A program made the translations under genes and the position numbers. Shown here piece after piece: positions 1 through 10,113 of a DNA stretch of 64,000 nt (position 1 is its first letter; the number at the start of each line of letters is the position of its first letter). The notes under the pieces are model-generated. The model saw only the letters and a list, made by a program, of their open reading frames with translations, was not told where the DNA came from and made no database searches. Source of the stretch: Polyangiales bacterium (GTDB lineage Bacteria > Myxococcota_A > Polyangia > Polyangiales > Ga0077539); the NCBI GenBank assembly GCA_044229975.1, contig JBGARZ010000015.1, positions 96,001-160,000 on the forward strand. The letters are read 5' to 3'.

Positions 1-435
1 AAAGAGTCCCTCGGCACTCCCGCGACGCACCAACCGAAGCTGCCCGACCGACAAGGCGCTCGACGGATCGAGGCTCACGCTCACGTTCTCCTGTGCAAAG
101 TCGCCGGTCGCGATTCTGGATGGCGACCGCTGACCGCCGTCGCAGGAGCCGAAGTGATTGGACCAGTCGAGGGCTTGCGACGGGGTCACGGCGATCGGGA
201 CGCGGTGCGCGATCTTCATGACGAAGTCGGTTCCGTCGCGTCGCTTTGGATCGAGCCGGCGCATGCAAAATGCGCAGAGCCAACCCTGTTCGACGCAGAG
301 GGAGTCCCGCATCGCTGCCTTGTCGAGTTGATCGAAGGCGGCGCGCGCCGTGGCGACCGTGGCCAGGTTCGTCGTTGAAGCGCACTGCACATCGGTGAGG
401 GTCGCAGGTTGCTTGCCCTTCGAGACGCTCCTCAC
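1..435 (-). CDS. HNH endonuclease, TIGR02646/PtuB-like (3' end runs off the window)
   Basis: Not in the ORF track. Manual translation from GTG at 435 (GTGA overlap with the ATPase stop) is open to base 1: MRSVSKGKQP...EQGWLCAFCMRRL...KIAHRVP...LDWSNHFGSCDGG, matching the EQxxLCxYC / H..P / L.W.N...SC pattern. Confidence 0.8.
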   Translation of the reverse strand, partial: MRSVSKGKQPATLTDVQCASTTNLATVATARAAFDQLDKAAMRDSLCVEQGWLCAFCMRRLDPKRRDGTDFVMKIAHRVPIAVTPSQALDWSNHFGSCDGGQRSPSRIATGDFAQENVSVSLDPSSALSVGQLRLVRRGSAEGLF

Positions 436-1673
436 TTCGCCGCAGCCTCCCCTCCTTCGGGGGGGATCAGGTTCTCGTAGAAGAACACGTCCGGGTCGTC
501 GCTCCCGATCAGCGCGTGGAGTTCGCGGACCTTCGCTCGGGCCTGCTCATGGTCGTCGTGGTCGACCGCGCTGCGGAGCGCGTTGAGCAACACGGCAACC
601 TCCGGCGGACGCCCGGGGTCACCGAACACGGCCTCCAGGATACGGTTGGTGTCGCGGCGCCATGTCTCCCGTTGGAGGGGTCGCACCTCGAAGTGTTCGA
701 GGACGCGCACATCGCTCCCGCTGACCGACGAGAGCACCTGCGGAGAGTGGGTGCTCACGACGAACTGAGCATTGGGGAACGTTGCCCGCAGTCGCGGCAG
801 GACCTCACGTTGAAGTCCCGGGTGCAGGTGCAGCTCGATCTCGTCGATGAGCACGATGACCTCGGCGTGCAGGGGATCAGGTCGACCAGGGTTCGCGATG
901 GCCAACCGCCTGGCGACGTCGGCGGATAGGGCGATGAGGTTGCGCTCGCCGTCAGAAAGCTGATCGAGGAAGAGCGGGCTTCCATCCTTGTCCACGACCA
1001 TGCGGAGGGCAGCGCGATCGACGCGAAGACCCGTGAAACCCGGGAGCAGCGCGGTTACGGCCGCGCGCACCGCGTCGAGTTGCGGGTCCACCCAGGCGAA
1101 CGAGGCGAGCCGTACCTTCTCGGCGTTCTCGAAGTCCTCCCGATCACGAAACCACCGGAAGAGGTCGTGGAAGGTGGCGTTGCTTCCCGCAAGGGCCCCG
1201 TCGATCGCATCAAAGGTCGTGGTCGCGTCGGGCGCTCCGTCCTTCCAGCGGGCGCTCAAATCGAGCGAGGCGTTTCGACCACTCTGGAAGTAGATGCCCA
1301 GGCACCGGGCAGGGCGAGCGGTGGCGTCACTGATCGATGGCAGCGCCCTGGCGGTGTCGCGAAGAATGGCCAGCGCGTCCATTCTTTCGGCGGTCGATGT
1401 GACAGTCGATGAAGTTGTTCCGAATAGCAAACCCGCCTCAATAGAGGCGGAGGGCGCGCCTCGTCGGATGTCCATCGGTCGCATGGCAGGAAGGACCATC
1501 GTTCGATTGAGCATCTCAATCGCGACCCTGCCGAGAAGTACGGCGATGGCGTCGAGCACCGAACTCTTGCCAGCCCCATTGACGCCAACCAACACCGTCA
1601 CCCCGGGCGAGAACTCAAGGTGGGCGTGAGCAAAGCCACGATAGTCAGTGCATGTGAGGTAACGGAGCTTCAT
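432..1673 (-). CDS. ABC/AAA-family ATPase, PtuA-like
   Basis: Walker A GVNGAGKS, signature LSDGE, Walker B/D-loop VLIDEIELHLHP, H-loop STHSP, C-terminal DTNRILEAVFG; coupled to the HNH gene. Confidence 0.88.
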   Translation of the reverse strand: MKLRYLTCTDYRGFAHAHLEFSPGVTVLVGVNGAGKSSVLDAIAVLLGRVAIEMLNRTMVLPAMRPMDIRRGAPSASIEAGLLFGTTSSTVTSTAERMDALAILRDTARALPSISDATARPARCLGIYFQSGRNASLDLSARWKDGAPDATTTFDAIDGALAGSNATFHDLFRWFRDREDFENAEKVRLASFAWVDPQLDAVRAAVTALLPGFTGLRVDRAALRMVVDKDGSPLFLDQLSDGERNLIALSADVARRLAIANPGRPDPLHAEVIVLIDEIELHLHPGLQREVLPRLRATFPNAQFVVSTHSPQVLSSVSGSDVRVLEHFEVRPLQRETWRRDTNRILEAVFGDPGRPPEVAVLLNALRSAVDHDDHEQARAKVRELHALIGSDDPDVFFYENLIPPEGGEAAAK

Positions 1674-1845
1674 CGGACCACCGTCTCGGCGACGCTACAC
1701 CACGGCCCCGACCGGAGTCCCGAGGCATCGCCCGCGCCCCGTCACCGTGACCCCACCGCACACCGTGACGCCCGCGCCCGCCTTCACCACTGCCACTCCT
1801 GCTCCGCTCGTGTGGCACGCCGCTCGTAAGCGATGCCGTCCCACC

Positions 1846-3174
1846 ATGAGCTCCCCCACGCGCGCGCTGCTCTTCACCGCCGTCGCCCTCGGAACCCTCT
1901 CCCACACCCTCCCCGCCCACGCCGACGACGGCTTCGGCTACCTCACCGCGGGCCTCGTCTTCTCCATCCCCCTCGGCGGCTCGACCGACCAGTTCGGCCT
2001 CGGCGTCGAGGCCTCGTACACGGCCTACTCCCCCAGCAGCGAGGTCCCCATCGGCGCCGGCGGGTTCGCGCAGGCGCAGCTCCTCTTCGGCGGCGGCTGG
2101 CGCGTCGACCTGGGCGTTCAGGGCGTCGCCGTGTTCACCGGCGCCGAGCTCGGTCTCGCCATCGTCGCCCCGCATTGGCGCTCACCGCAGCTCGGCGTCC
2201 ACGTCGCGCCCTTCCTCTCGGCGTCCTACGGCGCGGCGGCCTTCCGCTGGACCCCGATGCTCACCGGCCCCACCGCCGGAACCTCCGGCTACGAGCTCAC
2301 CCTCGCCCCGAAGCTCTGGTGGGAGGTGTCCAATGGTCGCGTACGCCAGCTCTACGATCAGGGCTGCCACTTCGGCTGCGTCGTCGGCCGCCCCCTGCTC
2401 GTCGACGGCCGCATCGTCGTCGCCCCCACCGACCGCGACCCCGCCTGGAGCGGCGCCCCCGACGCCCTCACCGACGACGCCCTCTCTCCCTCCCAGCGCT
2501 CCGCCCTCGCCGAGCACTGGACCCGCTCCATGCGCGAGGAGCACGCCTCCGTCGCGGCCTTCGCGCGCCTGTCGCTCCAGCTCATGAGCCTCGGGGCGCC
2601 GCCCGAGCTCCTGCGCCGCGTTCATCAAGCCGCCGTCGACGAGGTCGACCACGCCCGTCGATGCGCCGCCCTCGCGTCGCGCTTCGCCGGTGAGCCCCGG
2701 TCACCGGGCGCTCTTCCCGCGGCGTGCGCGCCCATCGCGGTCGTCGACCACGCGACGCTCGCCGTCGACACGCTGCGCGAGGGTTGCGTGGGCGAGGCGG
2801 TGTTTGCGGGCGCTGCGGCGCGGGCGCGCGATCGTGCGACGGACCCGGCGGTGCGTGAGGCGCTGACGGTGATCGCACGCGACGAGGCCGAGCACGCGGC
2901 CCTCGCGTGGGACGTCGTCGCGTGGTGCATCGAGGCGGGCGGTGATCGGGTGAGCGAGGCGCTGCGCGTCGCGGCGGGAGAACTGCCGACGGGCGAGCGA
3001 CAACACGGCGTCGCCATCGACGGCGCGCTCTTGGGTCGCGGCTGGGTCTCGGAGGATGCCCTCGCATCGAGCTGGACCCACCGTCGTCGCGAGGCGCTGC
3101 GGAAGGTCGGTGCGAGGCGGACGAGAGGCGTCGGTCAGATCCGCAGGGCGGCGTGGAGCCCGACGGTCACTTGA
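1846..3174 (+). CDS. Secreted protein: beta-strand-rich (OMP-like) N-domain fused to a ferritin-like diiron domain
   Basis: Signal peptide MSSPTRALLFTAVALG...AHA; CVVGRPL linker; EEHASVAAFARL, DEVDHA, EGCVGE and DEAEHA motifs. Start moved to ATG 1846. Confidence 0.75.
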   Translation: MSSPTRALLFTAVALGTLSHTLPAHADDGFGYLTAGLVFSIPLGGSTDQFGLGVEASYTAYSPSSEVPIGAGGFAQAQLLFGGGWRVDLGVQGVAVFTGAELGLAIVAPHWRSPQLGVHVAPFLSASYGAAAFRWTPMLTGPTAGTSGYELTLAPKLWWEVSNGRVRQLYDQGCHFGCVVGRPLLVDGRIVVAPTDRDPAWSGAPDALTDDALSPSQRSALAEHWTRSMREEHASVAAFARLSLQLMSLGAPPELLRRVHQAAVDEVDHARRCAALASRFAGEPRSPGALPAACAPIAVVDHATLAVDTLREGCVGEAVFAGAAARARDRATDPAVREALTVIARDEAEHAALAWDVVAWCIEAGGDRVSEALRVAAGELPTGERQHGVAIDGALLGRGWVSEDALASSWTHRRREALRKVGARRTRGVGQIRRAAWSPTVT

Positions 3175-3776
3175 AGACCGACGCTGTCGCCCGTTCGCAT
3201 GAACGTGACGTTGCTCGGGTCGGCGTCGCGGTTGAGGTTGAGGAAATTGACGTCGACGTGCGCGCCCAACGTGAACGAACTCACCAACACCAGGTCGAGC
3301 CCGCCGCCGAGGGAGCCGTACCACCCGGAGACGCTCGGGCAGGTCGCGCTCGATGAGCCCGTGGCGCCGCACGCGAGGTAGCTCGGGTCGGGGTTGAGGT
3401 CGCCGAGCCACGCGAAGCCCGCGCCCACCCGCGCGAAGGGCTGGAGCAGGGGAATGGGCACGCGCACCTCGACGAAGACCCCCGCGCCGCCGAGGTTGTA
3501 GGGCTGGTAGGTGGAGTAATCGAAGCGCCCGCCAAAGCTCACCGGGCCGAAGCGCATGCCCGCCTGCAAGCCGTAGTGCGGGCCCCAACCACCGGTGCTC
3601 GACGCCGAGGGGAAGAGCCCGTCGGTGTTGATCGCCACCACGTTGGCGTACGAGGCGCCCACCTCGGCCTGGAGCACGAACCAGTCGTGGTTGAGCAGGC
3701 TCTGCGCCTGGACCTCGGTGCCACCCAGCGCGACGCCGAGCGCGAGCGCCGCACCCGCGAGGAGGGAGCGCGTCAC
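3135..3776 (-). CDS. Outer-membrane beta-barrel protein
   Basis: GTG 3776 overlaps the yacG stop; signal peptide ending VQA; alternating amphipathic strands with aromatic residues; C-terminal VGLHAALRI. Confidence 0.65.
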   Translation of the reverse strand: MTRSLLAGAALALGVALGGTEVQAQSLLNHDWFVLQAEVGASYANVVAINTDGLFPSASSTGGWGPHYGLQAGMRFGPVSFGGRFDYSTYQPYNLGGAGVFVEVRVPIPLLQPFARVGAGFAWLGDLNPDPSYLACGATGSSSATCPSVSGWYGSLGGGLDLVLVSSFTLGAHVDVNFLNLNRDADPSNVTFMRTGDSVGLQVTVGLHAALRI

Positions 3777-3985
3777 GAGAGCCTCTGCGCGGCGAGGGCG
3801 TGCTGGGCGGCGAGGGCGATCTCCTCGTCGCTCGGCACCTCGTCGCGAACTGGTATGGCGTACGAACCATCGAGCCAGCGACCCAGGTCGACGTCGCGAC
3901 AACGGGCCGAACAGAAGGGGGCCGCGGGGTTGGTGGGACGCCCCGCGCGCACGGCCGAACGACAGATCGGACAGCGGTTTTCCAT
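3773..3985 (-). CDS. yacG: DNA gyrase inhibitor YacG
   Basis: 70 aa: CPIC...PFCSARCRDVDLGRWLDGSYAIP (the real gene is the end of ORF 3773..5008). Confidence 0.92.
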   Translation of the reverse strand: MENRCPICRSAVRAGRPTNPAAPFCSARCRDVDLGRWLDGSYAIPVRDEVPSDEEIALAAQHALAAQRLS

Positions 3986-4022
3986 GCGGCCGATGATACC
4001 ATCACGGGCCTCTGGAGGCCCC

Positions 4023-4355
4023 ATGGCAACGCCCCGTTCGAGCGAAGTTCGCGACCCGAAATCCACCGAGACGCTGCACCTGCATCGGGGGTCGTGGGTG
4101 CCGGTGTTCCTGGCGCGGGCGGCCCTCGGGCTGACCTCCGTGGTGGTCGTCGCGGCGACCCCCGACGGCGCCGGGAGCGTCGCGCTGCTCTCCTCCGCCG
4201 AGGCCAGCGCGCTCTTGAAATCCCGGGGTGACACCAAGGGGTCGGCGCGCGTCGTCGGCACCCCGACGCCGGGCTCCGCGTGGGCCATCGCGCTGGGTGA
4301 CAGTGGACAGTCGGTGTGGGCCGTCGCGATGACGCCGTTCTTCGCTGAGGGATAG
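4023..4355 (+). CDS. Hypothetical protein
   Basis: GGAGG ahead of ATG 4023; GC3-biased codons; ends 8 bp before the next gene. Confidence 0.5.
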   Translation: MATPRSSEVRDPKSTETLHLHRGSWVPVFLARAALGLTSVVVVAATPDGAGSVALLSSAEASALLKSRGDTKGSARVVGTPTPGSAWAIALGDSGQSVWAVAMTPFFAEG

Positions 4356-4363
4356 AGACGACC

Positions 4364-5674
4364 GTGAGCTGCGCCCACGCGTACGTGCCCGCCGAAGGGG
4401 GCGAAGGTCTCTTCACCGTGAGCGCCGCCGACGTGACCTTCGGGCGCGGCGCGCTCCACGAAGTGGGTGCGCTCGTCGCCGCCGAGGGCGCGCGTCGGGT
4501 GGCGCTCTTCACCGACCCGGTGGTCGCTACGCTCGAACCCGTCGACCGCGCGCGCCGCTCGCTCGTCGCCGCGGGCCTCGACGTCGCCGTCTACGAGGGC
4601 GTTCGGGTCGAGCCCACCGATGCGTCCTTCCTCGACGCGGCGCGCTTCGCGAGCGAGGGCCGCTTCGACGCGTACGTCTCGGTCGGCGGCGGATCGGTCA
4701 TCGACACCTGCAAGGCCGCCGCGCTGTACGCGACGCACCCCGCGAGCTTCCTCACGTACGTCAACGCGCCCGTCGGCGAGGGGCGTCCCGTCCCTGGTCC
4801 GCTGCCGCCGCACATCGCCTGCCCCACCACCAGCGGAACGGGCAGCGAGCTCACCGGCATCGCCGTGTGCGACGTTCTCGCGCTGCACGCCAAGACCGGC
4901 ATCGCCTCGCGCCTGCTGCGCCCCACGCGCGCCGTGGTCGATCCCGACGCCACCCGCACGCTGCCCGGGACGGTGGTCGCGGCCAGCGGGTTCGACGTGC
5001 TCTGCCACGCCATCGAGTCGCTCACCGCGCGTCCCTTCACGGCGCGCTCACGGCCCGAGCGACCATCGCTGCGACCGATGAGTCAGGGCGCCAACCCGTG
5101 GAGCGATCTCGGCAGCGCCGAGGCCCTGCGGCTGGGCGGGCGGTACCTCGTGAGGGCGGTGCGCGACGCGAGCGACGACGAGGCGCGCGAGCAGATGATG
5201 TGGGCCGCGACGCTCGCGGGAGTGGCCTTTGGCAACGCGGGCGTTCATCTGCCGCACGCGATGGCGTACGCGATCGCGGGATTGGTGCGCGGGTTTCGGC
5301 TGGCCGGATATCCCGATGGGGAGGCGATGGTTCCGCACGGGCTCTCGGTGGTCATCGGGGCGCCCGCGGCGTTTCGCTTCACGGCGCCGTCGTCGCCCGA
5401 GCGTCACCTCGAAGCGGCGGCGCTGCTCGGGGCCGACGTGCGCGGCGCGCGCGTGATGGACGCGGGAGAGATTCTCGCGCGCACGCTGGCGGGGCTGATG
5501 GTCGACGCGGGTCTGCCGGTGGGGCTCGGCGCGCTCGGCTATGGGGCGAGTGATGTCGAGGCGCTCGTCGCGGGGACGGCGGTGCAGAAGCGTCTGCTCG
5601 ACAACGCGCCGCGGGCCATCGATCGCGACGACCTGGCGGCGGTGTTTCGCGCGGCGCTGGAGCCCGCGCGATGA
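4364..5674 (+). CDS. Hydroxyacid-oxoacid transhydrogenase (iron-containing alcohol dehydrogenase family, ADHFE1-like)
   Basis: [51 protein letters not shown]. Confidence 0.9.
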   Translation: MSCAHAYVPAEGGEGLFTVSAADVTFGRGALHEVGALVAAEGARRVALFTDPVVATLEPVDRARRSLVAAGLDVAVYEGVRVEPTDASFLDAARFASEGRFDAYVSVGGGSVIDTCKAAALYATHPASFLTYVNAPVGEGRPVPGPLPPHIACPTTSGTGSELTGIAVCDVLALHAKTGIASRLLRPTRAVVDPDATRTLPGTVVAASGFDVLCHAIESLTARPFTARSRPERPSLRPMSQGANPWSDLGSAEALRLGGRYLVRAVRDASDDEAREQMMWAATLAGVAFGNAGVHLPHAMAYAIAGLVRGFRLAGYPDGEAMVPHGLSVVIGAPAAFRFTAPSSPERHLEAAALLGADVRGARVMDAGEILARTLAGLMVDAGLPVGLGALGYGASDVEALVAGTAVQKRLLDNAPRAIDRDDLAAVFRAALEPAR

Positions 5675-6102
5675 GCGAGGCGGTCGAGCGTCGCGGGGAC
5701 TACGCGCACCGGTTGCCCATCCAGACGCGGTGGAGTGACAACGACGTCTACGGGCACGTCAACAACGTCGTCTACTACGCGTACTTCGACACGGTCATCA
5801 ACGAGGTGCTCATCGCGCGCGGCGGCTTGGATCCGCAGGCGGGAGAGGTCATCGGGCTGTGCGTGGCGTCGGGCTGCCGGTACCTCGCACCGGCGGCGTA
5901 CCCCGACGCGCTGGAGGCGGGGCTGCGGGTGACGAAGCTCGGGCGGTCGAGCGTGCGCTACGAGGTGGCGATCTTCCGCGAAGGGCGCGACGAGCCGTGC
6001 GCGGTGGGGTTCTTCGTGCATGTGTTCGTCGACCGGGCGACGCGACGACCGACGCCACTGCCTGATGGGTTGCGGGCGGCGCTGGAAGGGTTGGTTAGGT
6101 AG
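5671..6102 (+). CDS. Acyl-CoA thioesterase (4HBT hotdog family)
   Basis: [17 protein letters not shown] motif; ATGA overlap with the upstream gene. Confidence 0.92.
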   Translation: MSEAVERRGDYAHRLPIQTRWSDNDVYGHVNNVVYYAYFDTVINEVLIARGGLDPQAGEVIGLCVASGCRYLAPAAYPDALEAGLRVTKLGRSSVRYEVAIFREGRDEPCAVGFFVHVFVDRATRRPTPLPDGLRAALEGLVR

Positions 6103-6145
6103 TCCGGCGGCGTGGACGAGCGCGTCCCTTCGGGTCAGGGCGAGG

Positions 6146-6916
6146 TTACCGTAGGCGCTGCGCGAACATCGCCGCCGCGAGCCCCAGGCCCACCGCCATC
6201 ACCGTCCATCGCACCGCTCGCTGACCCACGCGGCGCGCCAGACCGGCGCCTGCGACGCCGCCCACCACCGCGCCCACGGCCGTCACCAGCGCGACGCTCC
6301 AGATCACCCGCCCGCCCAGCACGAAGGTCACCGTCGCGACGCCGTTGATGCACACCGCGGCGAGGTTCTTCAGGCCGTTGGCGCGGTGGATGTCGCGCAC
6401 GCCCATGAGCCCCAGCGCCGCCAGGATGAGGATGCCCATGCCGGCGCCGAAGAACCCGCCGTACGTCGCCACGAAGAGCTGAAACACCACCAGCCCCGCC
6501 CACGACGCCGGGCTCCGTCCCCCTTCGTCGACGAGGCGCATCCGCCGCGCGATGGGCCCCTGCAACGCGAACAACGCCGTCGCCGCCAGCAGCAGCCACG
6601 GAACCAACGCCTTGAAGCGCGCGTCACCCGTCCGCAGCGCCAGCCACGCGCCGAGCACGCCGCCCGCCACGCTCGGCAGCGCCATCGCGAGCAGCAGCGA
6701 GCGCGACCCCGCGAGCACGTCGCGGTAGCCCCAGAACGCCCCAGCCGACCCGGGGATGAGCGCGACGGCGTTGGTGGCGTTGGCCGTGAGCGGCGCCATC
6801 CCGAAGGCCAGCATCGTCGGGAAGGTCACCATGCTCCCGCCGCCCGCGACGGAGTTGATGGCGCCCGCGACGAAGCCCCCCACGAGGTACGAGGCCCAGG
6901 GGAGCCACTGGCTCAC
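6146..6916 (-). CDS. Sulfite exporter TauE/SafE family membrane protein
   Basis: [35 protein letters not shown] 6916 overlaps the FAH stop. Confidence 0.88.
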   Translation of the reverse strand: MSQWLPWASYLVGGFVAGAINSVAGGGSMVTFPTMLAFGMAPLTANATNAVALIPGSAGAFWGYRDVLAGSRSLLLAMALPSVAGGVLGAWLALRTGDARFKALVPWLLLAATALFALQGPIARRMRLVDEGGRSPASWAGLVVFQLFVATYGGFFGAGMGILILAALGLMGVRDIHRANGLKNLAAVCINGVATVTFVLGGRVIWSVALVTAVGAVVGGVAGAGLARRVGQRAVRWTVMAVGLGLAAAMFAQRLR

Positions 6917-7602
6917 GTCACCTCGAAGGCGATCGCTCCGACGCTGTCCACGCCGCACTCCACCCGGTCGCCGCGCACGATGGCGCCGACCCCATCGGGG
7001 GTTCCGGTGAAGATCAGGTCGCCCGCTGCGAGGCGCCACAGGCGCGACGCCTGCGCGATGGTCTCGGCGACGCTCCAGATCATGTCCGAGAGCTGTGCCT
7101 CCTGCCGACGCTGGCCGTTGACCGTCAGCCAGATGCGCCCCTCGGGCGTGACGCCCCGGCGGATCACCCCGAGCGGCGCCGACGCGTCGAAACCCTTCGC
7201 GGCCTCCCACGGGTGAGCCTTTGCCTTGAGGGCGTTTTGCAGATCGCGCCGCGTGAGGTCGACGCCGACCGTGTACCCGAACACCAGGTCGAGGGCCCGC
7301 TCGACGGCGACGTCGGCGCCGCCCGAACCGAGCGCGACCACGAGCTCGACCTCGTGGTGCAGCTCTGCGGTGGCCGTGGGGTACGGCACCGAAGCAGTGG
7401 TGGAGACGTCCACCAGGGCGTCAGCGGGCTTGGCGAAGAAGCACGGCGGGTCGCGGTCGCTGCCGCCCATCTCCCGGCGGTGCGCGGCGTAGTTGCGCCC
7501 CACGCAGAGGATGCGGCGCACGGGGAAGCGCGCGGTGGTTCCGTCGACGGCGAGGGACGGGACCGTGGGCGGCGCGAAGACGAAGTCGGTGGTGGGGTTC
7601 AT
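6913..7602 (-). CDS. Fumarylacetoacetate hydrolase family protein
   Basis: [34 protein letters not shown]. Confidence 0.93.
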   Translation of the reverse strand: MNPTTDFVFAPPTVPSLAVDGTTARFPVRRILCVGRNYAAHRREMGGSDRDPPCFFAKPADALVDVSTTASVPYPTATAELHHEVELVVALGSGGADVAVERALDLVFGYTVGVDLTRRDLQNALKAKAHPWEAAKGFDASAPLGVIRRGVTPEGRIWLTVNGQRRQEAQLSDMIWSVAETIAQASRLWRLAAGDLIFTGTPDGVGAIVRGDRVECGVDSVGAIAFEVT

Positions 7603-7718
7603 CGGAGCCGCAGCGGTAGTACCAGTCGGGGGGTGTTGGCCAGCGCTGACCGGGCGTCAGGGCCCTCCGTGACAAGCGTCGTGCGTGGGGACTAGCTTCG
7701 GCCCACCAGACACCCGCC

Positions 7719-8549
7719 ATGACCTCTCTTCGCCCGCTCTCCCTTGCGATGGTTGTGTTGTGTTCCTTCGGATGCGCCGAGGTGGAGGGGATGCCCGACG
7801 ACCCCAACGGCGTCCTGGAGTACGACCCCGACGCGGCGGTGATGACCCTCGCGGACTCTTCGCGGACGCCGTTCGGCGAAGACCGGGGCGCCACGTCCAC
7901 GACCGACACGGGGCGCACCGACAGCGGTGCCTCCCGCGATGTCGGCGTCCCCTCGGCCGACGTGCCACCGACCGACGCGGGCGTCGTGGTCCGTGATGTT
8001 CCGGCGGCGGACCTGGGTCCGTCGTGCGCGTCGCCGCGGATGACCTGCGCTGGCGCCTGTGTCGACCTCGACACCAGCGTCGCCCACTGCGGCGCCTGTT
8101 CACACGCGTGCGGGTCGGGCGCGACCTGCGTCGGCGGCGTGTGCCAGACGCCGTGTGCTGCGCCGCGGATGACCTGCGCCGGGGCGTGCGTCGACGTGAG
8201 CGCCGACTCCGCGAACTGTGGCCGTTGCGGGATGGCCTGCGCGGCGGGGCAGAGCTGCGCCGCGGGCGTGTGCGCCAGCCCCACGGTGTACGGCCGAACG
8301 TGCACCGCCAGCAGCGAGTGCGGCGCGAACAACGTCTGTCTCAACGGGTCGTTCAACGGGGCGTTCTGGTCGGGCGGCTACTGCGTGAGCCCTTGCCCCG
8401 CCGACGGCTGCGGCGCCGATGGGCTCTGCATCAACGACGGCGCCTACCGGTACTGCGCCCGTACATGCACCTCGACCTCCCAGTGCCGCAGCCGCTACTT
8501 CTGCCTCGACGTGGGCTCGCCGACCTCGGGGGTCTGCTACCCGCTCTGA
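7719..8549 (+). CDS. Cys-rich lipoprotein with tandem C-x-G-x-CVD...HCG-x-C repeats
   Basis: Lipobox SFGC, D/A/P-rich linker, two near-identical CAxPRMTCAGACVD repeats. Confidence 0.8.
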   Translation: MTSLRPLSLAMVVLCSFGCAEVEGMPDDPNGVLEYDPDAAVMTLADSSRTPFGEDRGATSTTDTGRTDSGASRDVGVPSADVPPTDAGVVVRDVPAADLGPSCASPRMTCAGACVDLDTSVAHCGACSHACGSGATCVGGVCQTPCAAPRMTCAGACVDVSADSANCGRCGMACAAGQSCAAGVCASPTVYGRTCTASSECGANNVCLNGSFNGAFWSGGYCVSPCPADGCGADGLCINDGAYRYCARTCTSTSQCRSRYFCLDVGSPTSGVCYPL

Positions 8550-8552
8550 TGG

Positions 8553-9383
8553 TTACCGGGCGCGGTGGGCCAGGCGCCACGTCGCCCGCGTGAGCCACAC
8601 CGCCAGCGCGATGAGCGCCAGCGACGGCGCGACGCGCAGGCCCAGCGCCACCCCACCCACGAGCAACCAGCGAGCGGCGGTGAGCCCGTCACGAACCGCC
8701 GCCGACGCCTGCCGGGTGAGCGGCGCGTGCGTTCCGAGCGCGTCGTGTTCGAGCCAGATCTCGACGGTCGCGAGGTCGACACGACCCTGCGCGGTGCGCT
8801 GCTCGGACTCCATCTGCTCGATGAGCGTTCGTTGATCGGCGAGCGAGCGCTCGACGGCGAGGATGTCGGCGAGGGTTCCGGTGCGCTGGTCGAGGAGGGT
8901 CAGCAGTCGCGTCTCGGTGGCGCGGGCGACGCGCAGGCGGGCGTCGAGGTCCATGAGCGCGTCGGTCACGTCGGTGCGGCTCACCTGCTCGCGCACCGCG
9001 CGGCCGTCACCGGAGAGGCGTCCCAGCGCCGAGCGCAGCTCGCCCAGCGCATCGGGCGCCACCCGCAGCGTGACCGAGCCCGACGCGCCCGACTCATCGA
9101 GCGACGAGGACTGCACCCAGCCGCCGTGGGCATCGGTGAAGGACGTGATGCGCTGCACTGCCGCGGTGGCCTCGCGCGCCGAGTCGACGCGCACCCGGTA
9201 GGTCGCGTGAACCTCCAGCATCGCGCGCCGGGCGACGTGCTGACCGGGGCCGCGACTGGTGGTGGACTCGCCGCTCGTCGGGCGCTGCGCGGTCGTCGCG
9301 ACGGGCGGTGAGTGTTCGCGCGCGGCGCAGCCGACGACGGCGAGGGCGCTGGCGAGGACGAGGCATCGGGCGGTGTTCTGCAT
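8553..9383 (-). CDS. DUF4349-domain lipoprotein
   Basis: Lipobox VVGC; GGWVQSS...VTLRV; DVTDALMDLDARL; coiled coil; C-terminal TM helix. Confidence 0.8.
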   Translation of the reverse strand: MQNTARCLVLASALAVVGCAAREHSPPVATTAQRPTSGESTTSRGPGQHVARRAMLEVHATYRVRVDSAREATAAVQRITSFTDAHGGWVQSSSLDESGASGSVTLRVAPDALGELRSALGRLSGDGRAVREQVSRTDVTDALMDLDARLRVARATETRLLTLLDQRTGTLADILAVERSLADQRTLIEQMESEQRTAQGRVDLATVEIWLEHDALGTHAPLTRQASAAVRDGLTAARWLLVGGVALGLRVAPSLALIALAVWLTRATWRLAHRAR

Positions 9384-9441
9384 GGCGTGGACTCCCATCG
9401 TGGATGAGCGGTCAACGCCAACCGGGAGACGGGGCTTACAG

Positions 9442-10068
9442 TCACCCGCGCGGCGGGAGTCCGAGGCGCGAGCGGCAGCGGGCGCAGAGGTGCCCGGTGC
9501 TGTGGTCGACGGTGCTCACGAGGCCGCGCGCGTCGGTCATGAGGCACGCGGTGTCGGGGCAGTGTTCGAGGCCGAGGGTGTGGCCGATCTCGTGGACGCA
9601 GGTCGTCACCATGCGGAAATGGACCTGGCCCTCGTTGGGGGAGTTCATGCGGCAGCGGAAGGTCGAGATGACGCAGCCGAGGCCGCCGAGGTCACCGAGG
9701 CCGAGCACGCCCCAGTCACGAACGCCGTGCGCGGTGGTGGAGATGTCCACCTCGGTGACGCCGAGGATGCGGGTCGCCGGGGCGTGCAGCCGCGGGCGCA
9801 GCGCGTCGATGAGGCGCTCGGCGCGGTAGCGACGACGGGGCGCGTACCAGGCGGCCGTGGGGAGCGCGACCGTGGGGATATGCACGACGTCGACGCCGAG
9901 CTCGGCGCGCAGGCCCGCCTCGATCTCGCGGAGGAAGCTCTCGGGGAAGGCTCCCAGCGGCGCGACGGCGACGGTGGCGATGGGCGCTTGTTGAGCGCGG
10001 GCGAGGGCGCTCGCGAGGGTGGTGGCGGCGCCGCCGAGGCAGACACCCACGAAGCGTCGACGGTGCAT
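9442..10068 (-). CDS. Archaemetzincin-family Zn metalloprotease with Tat-like signal
   Basis: MHRRRFV twin-arginine N-terminus; HEIGHTLGLEHC zinc motif, CLM Met-turn, LCARC. Confidence 0.88.
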   Translation of the reverse strand: MHRRRFVGVCLGGAATTLASALARAQQAPIATVAVAPLGAFPESFLREIEAGLRAELGVDVVHIPTVALPTAAWYAPRRRYRAERLIDALRPRLHAPATRILGVTEVDISTTAHGVRDWGVLGLGDLGGLGCVISTFRCRMNSPNEGQVHFRMVTTCVHEIGHTLGLEHCPDTACLMTDARGLVSTVDHSTGHLCARCRSRLGLPPRG

Positions 10069-10113
10069 CGCCCGACTGTCGCGCACGGAGGGGAGAAGCG
10101 TCCAACTCGAGGT

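Noticed and set aside
1674..1845. Retron ncRNA or reverse transcriptase upstream of the PtuA-like ATPase
   Set aside because: No RT motifs seen in the window; the gap holds only short GC-rich direct repeats (CACCGTGAC twice).
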